Source: Eledone cirrhosa (Eukaryota). Taken from it: a stretch of 64,000 nt of DNA. The notes beneath the pieces were generated by a model that worked only from the letters and a program-made list of their open reading frames with translations, searched no databases and was not told the origin of the DNA. Below, one piece after another: positions 13,601-26,829 of the stretch (its first letter is position 1; each line of letters begins with the position of its first letter). The stretch lies in contig OZ024740.1 in assembly GCA_964016885.1 (NCBI GenBank), positions 331,266,001 to 331,330,000 of the forward strand, written 5' to 3'. The position numbers were made by a program, and so were the translations under genes.

Positions 13601-14558
13601 CGCACAATCCCAGGCTCAGGTGCGTTCCCATATTACGTCTACACAGTTACACACACGCATACATGCGCGCATACAGACAATTCCATATACGCCCACATGT
13701 GGATATACACACACACGGACACAGGGTCAAATATCACCTATGGAGGTGGGGAGAGAGGTTAGTTGTAATAATAGGCGTGTCCTATTTACTTGTGGTAGTT
13801 ATCACTGACTCATGCGTGCGAAGGGGGTCAGGTTCGATGCAGGATATCCTCCGGGCATTCGGGTCACAAGCCGGGGTTTGGCGTTGGGGCCCTCTGAGCG
13901 GAAACTTGGGTTTCTTGTTTACACAGAGGATAGGACTCCATCGATGTACTTTGTCTATTTATATCATCTAGTGTCAGATAAGTTGAGTTCTGGTTAAGGA
14001 AGTGAGAGAGAGGGGTTGACCACAGCGGTGTGAGGCATGGTTTTATCTGCTAGGTATGTGTGTTGCTATAGGAGTAGATCGAGGTAGGAGAAGAGGTGGG
14101 GATATAGGCGGGTGTAGGGGTGTTTTACCTTGGGCTCGGTGTGACGGGGCTGCTGTCCCTATGGGTTGTTATGCCAGATCCCCCTCTATAAGGTGGCACT
14201 TTCCTGATTTTGAACCAGGCCAGAGAGTATGGGATCCTGTCCAGCTTGAGCTTCCAGATCAGTTCGGAAAGAGCCGTACTTTTCCTTTTGTCCTCCCTAT
14301 TAAAGTAATGGCGATGGTTATACCATCTTTCTTTCAAGCTCGTTGATGTGGCTTCTATGTAAAGGTACTTGGGGTTTTTTACTCTACATCCGTATACTGA
14401 GTTCTTCATTAGGCATTTATTACTAAGGGGGCATAATATGGGGGTTCTGCAGTTGCAGGACGTGGTCGACCCCTGAATGCCTACTGATTCCCGCTGAGTA
14501 GTATAGGGTGGTCTGCCCCAGGCAACATATGTACCTGTCTTTTCCACACCAATTCGGA

Positions 14559-14611
14559 CTGCCTGAAGAGGTCACAGCCAACAATAGCTGTCACCGAAAT
14601 ATATAGAGCAG
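14559..14611 (+). ncRNA. Hammerhead ribozyme
   Basis: ctgc-CTGAAGA(14563)-ggtcacagc..gctgtcacc-GAAA(14596)-tatata-ga-gcag; cleavage triplet probably mutated. Confidence 0.68.
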
Positions 14612-14625
14612 GAATTTATAATTTT

Positions 14626-14966
14626 CTAGCAGAATGTCCCGGCGTTTCTCGGGATTTGGTCTATTTATATATATCTATATATTTGATATATATTTATCTA
14701 TAAATTTGATATATATTTATCTATATATTTGATATATATTTATCCTTATCGAGCCTCGTGAAATAAATACTTTTGTTTATATTTTATTATTGAGTATGCA
14801 AAAATATCTGTACACAAATATATAATTTTATACATATATGTATATATTAAAATAACAGATTAAAATGTAAGCAAAGAATCGCTGCTTTCACCCTTAACGG
14901 GATCTTCTGAAACTAAAAAAATCAATCTGTGAACGCAGAAGTAAATATTTCGAAAAGCGTTAAACA

Positions 14967-15023
<57 letters not shown>

Positions 15024-15302
15024 ATACACATACACATATAGCGACGTAATAATGTCGTAATGCAGACAGCCACACATACAGACAAATATTATAAGGGTGG
15101 AACGTTATATCTATGTATATGAATTATAGAGAGAGATCGCTAAATCGCCTAATGCGGTCCCTAGGGCATTGACAATTTGAAACACTCAGAGGACCATAAG
15201 TATTACACGTGTAAAATTGGAAAACAATCGGTTGGGTGGTTCTCGAGTTTTAGGGAGACAGACAAACAGACAGACAGCATTCTCTGTTTTAGATATATAG
15301 AT
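14626..15302 (-). mobile_element. Non-autonomous Helitron
   Basis: 5' TCTATATATC...TGTCTGTCTGT near 15300; 3' CCCGAGAAACGCCGGG hairpin plus CTAG at 14626. Confidence 0.65.
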
Positions 15303-15487
15303 AATAAATGAAGCCAAATTTTACATGTTTGGCTTACTTATTTTACTTTACTTCGGAGTAAGCCAACCAATCTACGTATTTCGTCGAGTGCTCCAGTCTG
15401 AATACTTAGGTGTCGGTAAATAACCAACATATACTCAATATATATATATATGCAAAGAAATGGACACACACACAACATACACACACA

Positions 15488-15529
<42 letters not shown>

Positions 15530-18047
15530 TGTGTGTGTATGTTGTGTGTGTGTCCATTTCTTTGCATATTTGTTAGCGTGGATATAAAGGAGTTACATGC
15601 GAATATATAGATAAATGTACAATCACAGCGTTCATCAAAAACAATTAATATATAACTACTAATATGATCACATCCTGTTTGGAAAACAATAATCATCTAG
15701 CTGATATTACACTATTTAAAAGCTGATTCAACAAGAAAGAAAATAATTCAGAAACTAAGGTATAACATCTTATTTAAAATTCAAAAACATGACCAGATAG
15801 TATAATTTGTATGCTGTTGTGTATATTAAAAATAGTTGGTACAACTGATGTATATGAAACTATACAATACTATTATTCGGTGTTATTGTACATTGAAATA
15901 TATACATCATTTACAAAAATCAAATAGTTATAGGAAGTATGGAACTAAGTTCACAAAAAACTAGACAACTTAGTCGACATTAACGAGATGTTTATCAGTT
16001 TAACACCTTAGAGTGCAAAATGTTACTGTTAATTTTCATGTTTTTCTTGATTGAACACCAACACATTCTTCAGAAATGTGTGGATAATTAGACTTTAATT
16101 TGAAAAAAATATTTTTCATTGTTTTGGAAGATCTTGTATTATAACACGATGATATTTTACTTCATAAACACCATTTACACACCACAAACATATATGACCT
16201 AAATGTTTTCAACATTTTAATAGATGTCTTATTACAATATTATATTATTTTAATAGATGTCTTATTACAATATTATATTATTACTTCAAAGTATCCTTTA
16301 AGCATGAAAATGTAAGTCCTAATCTTTTAAATGCAATCTACAATATGTGTTGTTTCGTAACTGAGAGTTAAAGCAATAATACAGAGGAAAATCATATAAA
16401 AGCAATTTCTTCAAATATTTTAATTAAAAAATACAACTATTTCAATTGTCTATTGTTATAAACGATTCACATTATTTATAACCGGCAATGTGTGGTTTAT
16501 AATAATGCTTTCTTTATTTCAAGTGGGTGTATATTAAAAAACTAATCCACACGTCAACAAGCACAGCATTACTGGAAGTAAAATATTAAATACTACGCCG
16601 TGCAACTTATATTACGTGATCATGTCAATGCACGATTCTATTCGAATCTATAATTAGTTTGCTGAGTTTCCCCGACAAAACGACAAAAGTGATAGCGGAT
16701 TGCAATAATCTACTGTTTCCCTAAATAAAGCATATAGTGTGTGGTAAAGCAAACAGAAATGCACTGGAGAGCTAAAATACAACATTGTCCTTCGTTCCTT
16801 TCACAGAGCTCATAAAAATAGACGTGTACATTTATGGAGTGATTAGATTGCTTTCACGTGTGCCTGAGTGATTAGGAAATTTCCCTCGAAATGATGAGTT
16901 GCTATGTTAGCTCCCATCGAGTGGCACCATGAGAATGTTTGTCTCCATAGTCTACCGACGCCTCAAGCCTGGTGAATGAAACTATGTTGACGAAGACTAT
17001 GTGACCTCATACGGATAAGATGTATATACGATGAAAACGTCTAACTTTGTTAAATATCTTTCCACAGTGATTTTTGTGTGGAATTCTCAGGTATTTACAT
17101 GGCAATTTAATGAGATGTACATTACGTTGATCAAATATATGTAAGTGCCTCGTCGAAAAGGGTGATACAGCATTTGAAGAGAAAGACGTAAAGTTTGATT
17201 TCAGTTGTTATTGTTGTTCACGTTGTTAACATTTACGTTTTCGCTCCCATTTGTGTTCAGTTTAATTTTGTTTTTCATTACTGTCCTTTCAGCAGTGGTA
17301 GTGGTGGTGATGTCTGCCGTGTCGCCTGCGCCTAACTTCGTTGTAATTATTGGCAGATCTGTAAAGACCATCTTGTGTTCGCGAGATAAATTTTGGTCGG
17401 TGGTGCTGCTGCTACTGTTGTTCTTTCTGTTGCTGCTGCTACTGCTGTTATTGTTTTCAGAATTTTAGTTGTTCCACTCTATGGACAGCCATGCATTTCA
17501 TTTGGCGGACGCAACATTTTTGCACACCATCTTAATTTTTGAAAAATAAACACAGCCCCAAACGGCTTTAAGGTTACTGGTTTACGAAGCTTCAAAACAA
17601 TATCAACATTTCAATGCAAAATGTTGAATATCTGGGAAAATAGAACAAACTTACAGGAGCAATGTGAACCACGTCTTGAAAGACTGAGCCAGAATAATAC
17701 TAATAACATTATTGTTATGATTATTATTATTATTATTATGATAACACAAATATTAAATAAAACAAGAAAGACGAAGAATGGGAGAGAAAATGAAGACGAA
17801 GCGGAAAAATTTGGAGAAAGAAAACCCAAAGCTTAACCCCGATGTGCTTCCTGAGAGATGTTGTTATTTATTTCAATCAATAAACATGAAGTATGGCTCT
17901 GGATTAATAATTGTAAGATGCTCTCTGTAGTGTTTATGGACAAAAGAGATTTCTGACAATTCTTGTAAATACTTAATCTCTCTTCAACACCAGCTGTTCT
18001 TGACACACAAGCAAACACACGCACACACATACACACACACACGCACG

Positions 18048-18094
<47 letters not shown>

Positions 18095-18283
18095 ATGCAT
18101 ATATTTTCTCTTCCTATGCTAATTGTCATGCTGTTTCTTTTATCTCGCTCCTTTCCTGTCCACATATACATAGATAAAATCACTGACAAAACCTCTCACA
18201 CACACATACACACACACACACACACAAACAAATATATGTATGTATATATATATATATATGTGTGTATGTGTGTGTGTGTGTGT

Positions 18284-18330
<47 letters not shown>

Positions 18331-19156
18331 TGTGTGTGTGTGCGTGTGTGCGTGTGCGTGCTTGTGTGGGTGTGTGTGTGTTTATGTGTGCGTGCGTGCG
18401 TGTGCATACATGTATATAAGGCAACGCTAAATGAACAGTGTGTAACTCAGTTTGATCAGTTATTTCCCTCAAACCGTACACGGCATGCCTTTTTATTATT
18501 AACGACGTCCATCCCTAATCCTGTGGTTCATATTAACTGAGCGGAACTCTAAAAATACATCAGACATCTCCCGTTCTCTTGATGTATGTACACGTTTGTA
18601 CACTTTCACCTATTGAAATCAGTTTCCCTTCCTCTCCTTTTCTAGGTCTTTACATTCCTTTAAGCCATAACATAATTTTCGTAACTGAGAGCATTCAATT
18701 TTCTTTCAAATTCAAATATTCTTTGATATTCTTAACATGATTCCTTCGCCATCGATCATTTATCTTTCTCAGTAATATTTCACCGGAAAGTTAGTCAAGC
18801 TTAAATATCTAATGCATATTAATATTAAATATGAATTCGGTAATATCCACAAGTTTAGAAAACCTTGTATTGTTTGAGTATCAGTCTACTTGCTACATTT
18901 GAATTTGTTGACCTCCACCATACTATTCTTCATGCAGTATAAAATCTCTCTGGAATGGGACGACATTTTACATGTTGCGGGCTGATATGCTATCTGCTAG
19001 GCTGGTAGAAAAATCTTGCATATTCCTAAGCAATTAATGATAATTGTCTATGTAATTGATATGACAATTTACACACTTACACATCAACGCATTCACATAA
19101 GCATATATACACACATGTATGCATATACATACACAAATCTCTCTCTCTATATATAT

Positions 19157-20097
19157 ACTAGACATGAAAAATACGCAAGCTCAAAAGTGCCACAGAATGT
19201 TATAATAAACCTTCAAAAGTGTGGGACTAGAATTGTTGCTAAAAAATATTGTAATCATTATATATCGTACATTCTGTGGCATCCTTTATAAAAATAGCTT
19301 AAACCAACGAAGCCTTTATTTTTACGCTATTTCACTTAGTTAATTCTTAGAGTGTAACATATAAAAATATGATTTACAACTCTAAAATAAATTAATTAAT
19401 ATAATAACAGAGCTGCGGAGCTGAAATTTAGGAAATAATGGAGTATCGGATCCTGAGTTGGAGCCAGTCAATTTTTGGCCGACTCCGCAGCCCTGTATAA
19501 TACATTTCATATTAAAGTTATTAATAAACCTATTTTACACTGCATGCAAATTACCATGAGATATTGATATTAGATATAAGATACAGCGCAATATCTACAG
19601 CTGTAAAAGTACGAAAGCGAAGTAATAATAAGTGGCTTAAGGTAATTCCAATATGAAAGTTTGTAGTGATAAAAATTTGATAATGCAATACGATTGTTAA
19701 TATTATAGTTCTATGAAAATGTAACAATAGATAACTAAATTATTTTACTATTAGTATATTTAAGAAATTATCATTATAGATTTGATCGTTCATATAAGCA
19801 TCATATTAATTTTCAACACAATTATTTTGTTACTATGAGTATATGATAATAATATTACGTAATTATTTATAGCTGTTATTACATTAAACATAGATGTATT
19901 TATTTTTATATGTTACACTCTAAGAATTAACTAAGTGAAATAGCGTAAAAATAAAGCTATTTTTATAAAGGATGCCACAGAATGTACGATATATAATGAT
20001 TACAATATTTTTTAGCAACAACTCTAATCCCACACTTTTGAAGGTTTATTATAACATTCTGTGGCACTTTTGAGCTTACGCATTTTTCATGTCTAGT
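19157..20097. mobile_element. Fold-back element with ~200-bp inverted arms
   Basis: 19157-19370 is the reverse complement of 19902-20097 apart from an indel; arms also contain an internal TGCCACAGAATGT inverted pair. Confidence 0.75.
19408..19495. mobile_element. 88-bp hAT-type MITE
   Basis: TIRs CAGAGCTGCGGAG / CTCCGCAGCCCTG; 8-bp TSD TATAATAA / TATAATAC. Confidence 0.72.
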
Positions 20098-20689
20098 TTA
20101 ATATTTTTTTAAGGCAACGCTTGTAATAACTCTAGTTAAACAGGATATATATTAATAATAAATTATCGTTGTAATGTAATTAGATTATGTAATTGTTATT
20201 ATAAATTATCTCATAAATATTAGTGTAAGATGTCTAAAAATATTTTCAGACTTTTAATATAAACAACTACAAAAAACAATCAATATTAAATCAATATATT
20301 ATACATAATAGAAAACATAAAATAAACAATACAAAAACAAAATATTTACATACAATTGCAATTATCAGTGTATGTACATTTTCTTTATATTCCCTGAGCA
20401 AATTAATAAGTTTTGTTTTTATTGTACATAATTTGATGACTTGTTGGAGTGTATTAAAAGATAGCAACAATTTGTGATTAAATTGTTATCTTAAGCAACT
20501 CACTTTTTAATAGTTGTTGGCTGAGCGAAATTGTAAAAGCCTATGAGCAAATATAAAAAAAAATACACAAACAACATTTCCTTGTGTTATTACAACATTA
20601 GATAAAATAATTGAGCAATGTCGTTATATTTTGCTCTTATTGCACATTAATAGTGTTTCTATTTTTCGGCACAAATCCATTACGGCAGT

Positions 20690-20815
20690 CCATTACTGGT
20701 ACTTTATTTTATCGAATTAGTAAGTATGAAAGTCGAAGTTAACCTCGGCAGGATTTGAACTTAGAATTCAAAGGACCATAACAATACTGCAAAGCATGGT
20801 GTCTGACGCTCTACC
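20690..20815 (-). mobile_element. tRNA-derived SINE of the type common in octopus
   Basis: Reverse complement of GTTCAAATCCTGCCGAGGTTAACTT...CGATAAAATAAAGTACCAGT; further copies at about 2300-2430 and 23537-23583. Confidence 0.7.
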
Positions 20816-21479
20816 AATACTTGTGTTGAGCTGGTCATTAATTTATGGTGGTCGTGCGTGGAGTAGAGCAATCGCTAGTTGAAATATTATGAACAAAACA
20901 TTTTTATTTGCCGAAGAACATATTTTCAATACTGTTTGTGAATGTGACGAAGGAAATACATTCTGATATGGAACAGTGTACAAAGTGTGTCTGTGAATAA
21001 TATAATGTTACCTCATGTTGTTGTCAAGACATAATGGATTTCGTATATCCAGTTAGAAGATGAAACCTAGCCATCTCGGATTAGTTATATTTCATGCCAT
21101 GTGTAAACGTGTTTGAGGATAGCAAAATATGCGTGTTTCTTGTCTGGAAACTTTCTGCTAAACTGATTGGTTTCGTTTTTGGCACTATACAATACTCATC
21201 CAACAGATAGCTGTATTGGATCCTTGATTGGTTAATATTTAGGTGAGGGTGCTTGATGCAGAGTTAGTGCAAAATGGATCAATGAGTGTAATAATAATAA
21301 TGATAATAATAATGAAAATATTGTGTACAATGCTGAGGTGCACTACAACTCATCAAAAGTGCATATATAATACATACGGTAATATAAAAACGTCATGAAA
21401 AAAGAACAGTGCATGAGTCATGATATACACATATGTGCATGTGTATGGAAGGGGGACATCAGGTGTAGTTTTGGTGTAT

Positions 21480-21945
21480 TTCGGAATGTATGATGGTTTT
21501 AAAGGATGCAGTGTGTCATCAGCTAACAACTGATGCAGGAAGTTTGTTCCATCCTTCAGCAACTCTGAGCATGAAGAAATATTTCCTAAAGTCATGGGAG
21601 CTGTGTTGTTTTCTGACTTTGTAGGCATGTCCACGTGTTAGACACATGGAGATCAAAAAGGTGTTCGGGGTTGTTGTTGGTCGTATGGTTAATAACTTTG
21701 TGGGTGTTTACCAAGTCCATTGCCAGAGGGAAGCAAAATATTCAGGGTATGGTAGGTGTCTGATGAAGGGTATGCGCTTGGTTGCATGTCTCTGAACAGT
21801 TTCCAGGAGGTCAATGTTCTGAGCAAGATAGAGGTTCCAGACTGATGACGCGAACTCCAAGTGTATTCGTACCATAGATGTATACAGCTTTAAATAGATG
21901 GCTGGAGAGCAGCTAATGAAGGTCTTGCTGATTGATGCCAAGTCA
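21480..21945 (-). mobile_element. CR1/L2-type LINE 3' fragment
   Basis: LYTSMVRIHLEFASSVWN...LETVQRHATKRIP...LPY, then TRGHAYK...RKYFF.LRV...WNKLP. Confidence 0.85.
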
Positions 21946-22153
21946 ATCTTAATAAATTGACTGATTTATCTGTTCACTACTGCTAATCCACCGCTGTTTG
22001 TACAATTTTTTAGATAATGTCAATTTGAGCTTGAATCATTGGCGTAATGAAATTTGAAAAGATTATAAGCAAATCTTTTTTAAAATACACAGACAACATT
22101 TAACTGTATCGTTGCAACATTAGATCTAATAATGGAGCAACATTTGTGCAGAA

Positions 22154-22440
22154 TTATTGTTTGTGCAATAAGATATTTGCAGATCTGTACTTGGTCTGCT
22201 CTTTAGCCAACTCGGTACGTTTAGAAGCTCTACGCTCGGCTTGCTTTTGAGATATAATAGCTGAATTTGCAGATCTATACTTGGCCTGCTTGTTTGCCAA
22301 CTCATACCGTTTTGAACATCTATACTTGGCCTGTTTTTGTGTTAATTTAGCAAAATTCACAGCTCTATAATCGGCCTGTTTTTGTCTCAACTTCTCCCGA
22401 TTCCGCATCCGGTAAGCTGTTTTCACATCCAATTTAATAC
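22154..22440 (-). repeat. 45-bp tandem repeat encoding 15-aa KQAKYRxxN units
   Basis: KQADYRAVN / KQAKYRCSK / KQAKYRSAN / KQAERRASK / EQTKYRSAN in the 154-aa ORF. Confidence 0.7.
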
Positions 22441-22644
22441 GGCCATCTAGATTATTAGCACAGGAATGTGAACAAGCTTGTGGGACCGCATCATTGTAAG
22501 TATATGAACTGCCTGCAACATCAAGACCCAATTCACAAGTGCAGCGTTGCTCATTCACATCGGCAGTGGGGACACCAAAATCAGTGACAGGTCTCGATTC
22601 ACTCGCGAGATACATCACAGCTACACTATATATTTAAACATATA

Positions 22645-22715
22645 TACAGTGATACCTCGCTACTTGGCGGTTCAACTATCGCGGATTCACGATTTCGCGC
22701 ATTTTTTAGAATATA
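22645..22715 (+). mobile_element. Tigger/pogo-type MITE end
   Basis: TA|CAGTGATACCTCGCTACTTGGCGGTTCAAC...TTTCGCGCATTTTT resembles Tigger TIRs. Confidence 0.55.
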
Positions 22716-22902
22716 TATATGAACACCTAAAATTTTTCATTAAATCCATTAAAATATTAATAATAAACACAGTTCTAATCATACGCTATATATATATATA
22801 TATATATATAAATATAAGTAATTAATACCGTATAAATGGTACAAAGACTGTTTATGTAAAATGTATTTCTCAACAGAGTATTGAATACTTAGGAGAAATT
22901 CA

Positions 22903-23112
22903 AAACGAAGAGTGATAAAATTTCAAGCAAAGAGTTTAATTAGGTAATGACTTACAAATTTGTTTCAGTATATAGACAAAGCCTGAAGCGCTAATTATAA
23001 TAATTAGTTAATAATATTACAAAATATATTAATATTATATTAAATATATACTGAAACAAATTTGTAAGTCATTACCTAATTAAACTCTTTGCTTGAAATG
23101 TTATCATTCTTC

Positions 23113-23117
<5 letters not shown>
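22903..23117. repeat. About 70-bp inverted repeat holding a hammerhead 3' half
   Basis: 22903-22973 vs 23046-23117; GAAACAAATTTGTA palindrome at 23053. Confidence 0.7.
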
Positions 23118-23165
<48 letters not shown>

Positions 23166-23935
23166 TTTATCTAGTCCTTCGCTCAAGATTAATCTATAAG
23201 TTTAGATGTCTGCCTTCGTTTAAGTAAATATTACAGTAAGATTTTTAATATAAACAACTACAAAAAACAATTAATATTAAAACGAAAAAATTATCAATGA
23301 TAAAAGAAGCGGATGCAACTTTTTTTTTTATAAAGTTATATTCCTGTTTCTTTAAAGAACATTTCATTTTTGTTCTATTGTATGCGAAATAATGCAATGG
23401 TTTAATAGGGAAGATATAACTTACCAATTATGTCTCTAACCGTGTAACGCTTTTTAAGTAGATAACTACAATTGAAAATACTAAAGAAATGGAACCAACA
23501 ATTCAATTTGAAAGTCGTCTACTTATAGTGACAGTGTATTACTGGTACTTTATTTTATCGACCCCGTAACGATGAAAGCAAATGCTTAAAATTTAAATTG
23601 CCTTAATTCTATCGTCTGCTGTTTCATTAAAGGGAGATTCTCGTCTGTATTTAATTCTATCGTCTACTGTTCCACTAAACAGATATACCTCCACTATCGT
23701 CTCTATTTATACATTTTAACTTATAACTTATACACATTTGATTTGAAATATTTTATCTAGTCCCCCCTCTCAATATTATGATGATTTCTTTCGAATGAAA
23801 CAGTTCTAGTCCTGTAGAAGCCATTTATATATATAATTGAACTGAGTTAAAAATTCACAATATTTATAATTAAATAAGCTCATATATATATGTGTGTATT
23901 TATCTGTTTATTGTATTATATATAATGTGTATATA

Positions 23936-23972
23936 TACAGGATGTCCCCCAAAAAAATATACACACTTCAAC
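23936..23972 (+). mobile_element. Tc1/mariner-like TIR remnant
   Basis: TA|CAGGATGTCCCCCAAAAAAA...CACTT. Confidence 0.4.
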
Positions 23973-24204
23973 AGCATTCTAATAACTATTGCCTGTACAG
24001 GTAATCAAAGTGTCAATCGAATGTTAGTTTCGTGTTTTAACAGTACAAATTTACAATACACACATAAAACCAGTGTATATACATACATGAGTGTGTATAC
24101 ACATACATGAATGTGTATATACAATATATATGTATATATATATAGACACATATATTCACGGTGCAACGGAACTTTAAAATATAGATGCGGGAGGGGGGGG
24201 GGGT

Positions 24205-24495
24205 GTATATATAGTGGCGTTGGGGATAAAGGAGTGTAAAGCGTGTGTAATTGATATATTGAAGGAGAGGAGCGTGCAGCGATAGAGTAACACATATATA
24301 GAGAGGGGGAGAGATGGTATTGAAGGGGAGGAGTGCAAAGCGAAAGAGTAAGAGAGATATATATAGAGTCGGAACAGATAGAGAGAAACAGGCGTAAGTA
24401 ACAGTGGAAGAGATATATAGAGAGGGGGAAATGTGTTATTGAAGGGGAGGAGTGTAAAGCGAAAGCGTAAGATATATATAGAGAGAGGGGGAATA

Positions 24496-24500
<5 letters not shown>
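24205..24500. repeat. About 62-bp purine-rich minisatellite
   Basis: Recurring TATTGAAGGGGAGGAGTGxAAAGCGAAAG...ATATATAGAGAGGGGG. Confidence 0.65.
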
Positions 24501-24551
<51 letters not shown>

Positions 24552-24744
24552 ACACTTACTCTGATTGGTTGAAAATTAGCCAATGACATACGATCACCAC
24601 CACCACGGCTATCCCGGGAAAATTTATGAAGAAGTTAGGCATATATGTTAGAACACGAAAAGTGAACATTCTGTTGTTTCACACTTTTCGTGTTCTAACA
24701 GATATATATGTATATATATATATATTATATTATTATATTATTAT

Positions 24745-25725
24745 TATATATATATATATATATATAACGAAGGAATTGTAGTAAGGAACCAAATGGACCA
24801 TAACGCACCAGAGTACACAATACTTAGGGTAGTAGAGTGGGTAATAGGAGAAAGTATGACCCCGACGGCAGAGCTCAAGCCAGTTCGACGGCTTTTTCTG
24901 GACTAAAGTAAGAGTTTTTTTTAGTCTGGTAAATAAATAGCCGAACTTATCAAGGGGTACTTCCTTATATGGGAAGATTGTAGTTGTCAAGAGGATTGGT
25001 CAAAATTTGTAGCAGACACATCACTTGTTTCCACCACCGAACTTCATCGTTTCTTTGTTTTTTTGTCCCTTTCGCCTACCCTGAGGCAGCCCATCGGGCC
25101 TCTTCAGCCTCAGTATCCCACCCCAGTAACCTACATATAGCATTCGCCGATTTACGCTATACTAACTATTCATAGCAGCTGCGTTAGACCACAGAGATGT
25201 GGTATTAATTTTTAATTCTAAATTTTCAATAATTCTCATCTAGCAACTCATTCTATAGCTTTGGCCGATATAGCAGCACCAAACAAATATAGCAGCTGTG
25301 TTAGACTCCTTAGTTTTTGTCTTATTTCACTTCTCACTTTCCAACCTTACATTCTGATACATCTTTTTCTCATGTTTTATTATATTCTTTTTGATTATAT
25401 TTTTTCTTTGTCCACTAATTTCATACACATTCCTTAGAATTTGCCGTGTAGATTTCACCTTCTACGCTTGACCGGCTCTACCCACTCCCCTATCGTTCTA
25501 CAGGCATGGTCAGCCATCCCCACCCCGCACCCACTGCCATGATAGACTTTTCTGTGTCTGCTACAAATTTTGACCAATCCTCTTGACAACTACAATCTTC
25601 CCATATAAGGAAGTACCCCTTGATAAGTACAGCTATTTATTTACCAGACTTAAAAAAACTCTTATTTTAATCCAGAAATAGCCGTCGAAACGGCTTGAGC
25701 TCTGCCATCGGGGTCATAATTTCTA
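24745..25725. mobile_element. Fold-back element with U3-A8 hammerheads having a long branched stem II
   Basis: Inverted repeat about 24852-25018 / 25555-25720; TA flanks. Confidence 0.8.
25615..25714 (+). ncRNA. Hammerhead, UUGAUAA core, about 60-nt stem II
   Basis: acccc-UUGAUAA-guacagcuauuu...aaauagccguc-GAAA-CGGC..GCCA-UC-ggggu; the minus copy 24859-24958 has GCCG-UC. Confidence 0.8.
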
Positions 25726-25749
25726 ATATATATATATCGTATGTGCGTT

Positions 25750-26173
25750 TGTGTAAACAGAAGCTGTTAATCTCTTCCCATACAACAAATCATAAGAGAT
25801 TGCTTTCCAAGTGTCAGGGCCATTAATTTGTTGAACGAAATAAAATGTTATTATACGTAACCCGCCAAAGTGAACTCATAGTAACCCTCATTTTTTGTCA
25901 AACTCAAGCAGGATTATAACTGATGAATATTTGTACGTTTATACAATTAATTGCATAATAAACAATTATTCAAACGTAATGTATAATATAAATTGAAATC
26001 TATATTTAATGTATATCAATAATAATTACCGAAATATATCGTTATGGTCAATCTCATAAACCTTGGTGTATATATTTGTTTCCTTCCGACTTATGCATTA
26101 TTAATATATGAAATGTATCATTTTATAATAATTATGCAAAGAATTGGTGACATCCAAACACAATTCAAACGCA

Positions 26174-26247
<74 letters not shown>

Positions 26248-26435
26248 GTACAAATATTCATCAGTTAAAATCCTGCTTGAGTTTGACAAAACATGAGGGT
26301 TACTATGAGTTCACTTTGGCGGGTTACGTATAATAACATTTTATTTCGATCAACAAATTAATGGCCCTGACACTTGGAAAGCAATCTCTTATGATTTGTT
26401 GTATGGGAAGAGATTAACAGCTTCTGTTTACACAA
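25750..26435. mobile_element. Fold-back element with ~190-bp inverted arms
   Basis: 25750-25938 is the reverse complement of 26246-26435; no hammerhead recognised. Confidence 0.75.
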
Positions 26436-26452
26436 ATATCTATCTATCTATC

Positions 26453-26483
<31 letters not shown>

Positions 26484-26725
26484 AATTATTGCCAATACCT
26501 GAAATAAATCCTCTTATTGTACAGCCAACAATGTTACTCTTCATTCTTTCACTATAAATATATATTATATATATATATATATATATTAGAAAGTGAGGTT
26601 TTTTTTACAAAATGAAAAATAACCGAGGTGTCCTACACGAGTGAAAGTATAAAGAAAAAGAGATGAAATCGAAAATGCAACTGGAGTCTTATTTTTTTTT
26701 TTTAAATATATATATTTATTTGGTT

Positions 26726-26763
26726 CCTTTACCGGTTTCACAGTTCTTTTGCTTTTCAAAAGG
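26726..26763 (-). ncRNA. Hammerhead, UUGAAAA core, palindromic stem III
   Basis: ccuu-UUGAAAA-gca..ugu-GAAA-CCGG-UA-aagg. Confidence 0.75.
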
Positions 26764-26829
26764 TGAGTTGAGATGGAGGGTCTGTGGTTGTTCTCACATG
26801 TGAGAGTAGTGTAAAATAAAGTTAAATAA

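Larger units (their letters stand above)
12700..14625 (-). mobile_element. Truncated Penelope-like element with inverted hammerhead-bearing termini
   Basis: Inverted repeat about 12720-12825 / 14526-14622; GIY-YIG remnant 14125-14465 (CNCRTPILCPLSNKC, VYGC...YIEAT, RWYNH, TALSELIWKLK). Confidence 0.85.

Noticed and set aside
19925-19955. GAAATAGCGTA as a hammerhead
   Set aside because: No recognisable CUGANGA core upstream; at best a decayed half.
25750-26435. Hammerhead in this fold-back (CTGATGA at about 25920)
   Set aside because: No stem II, GAAA or stem III follows the motif.
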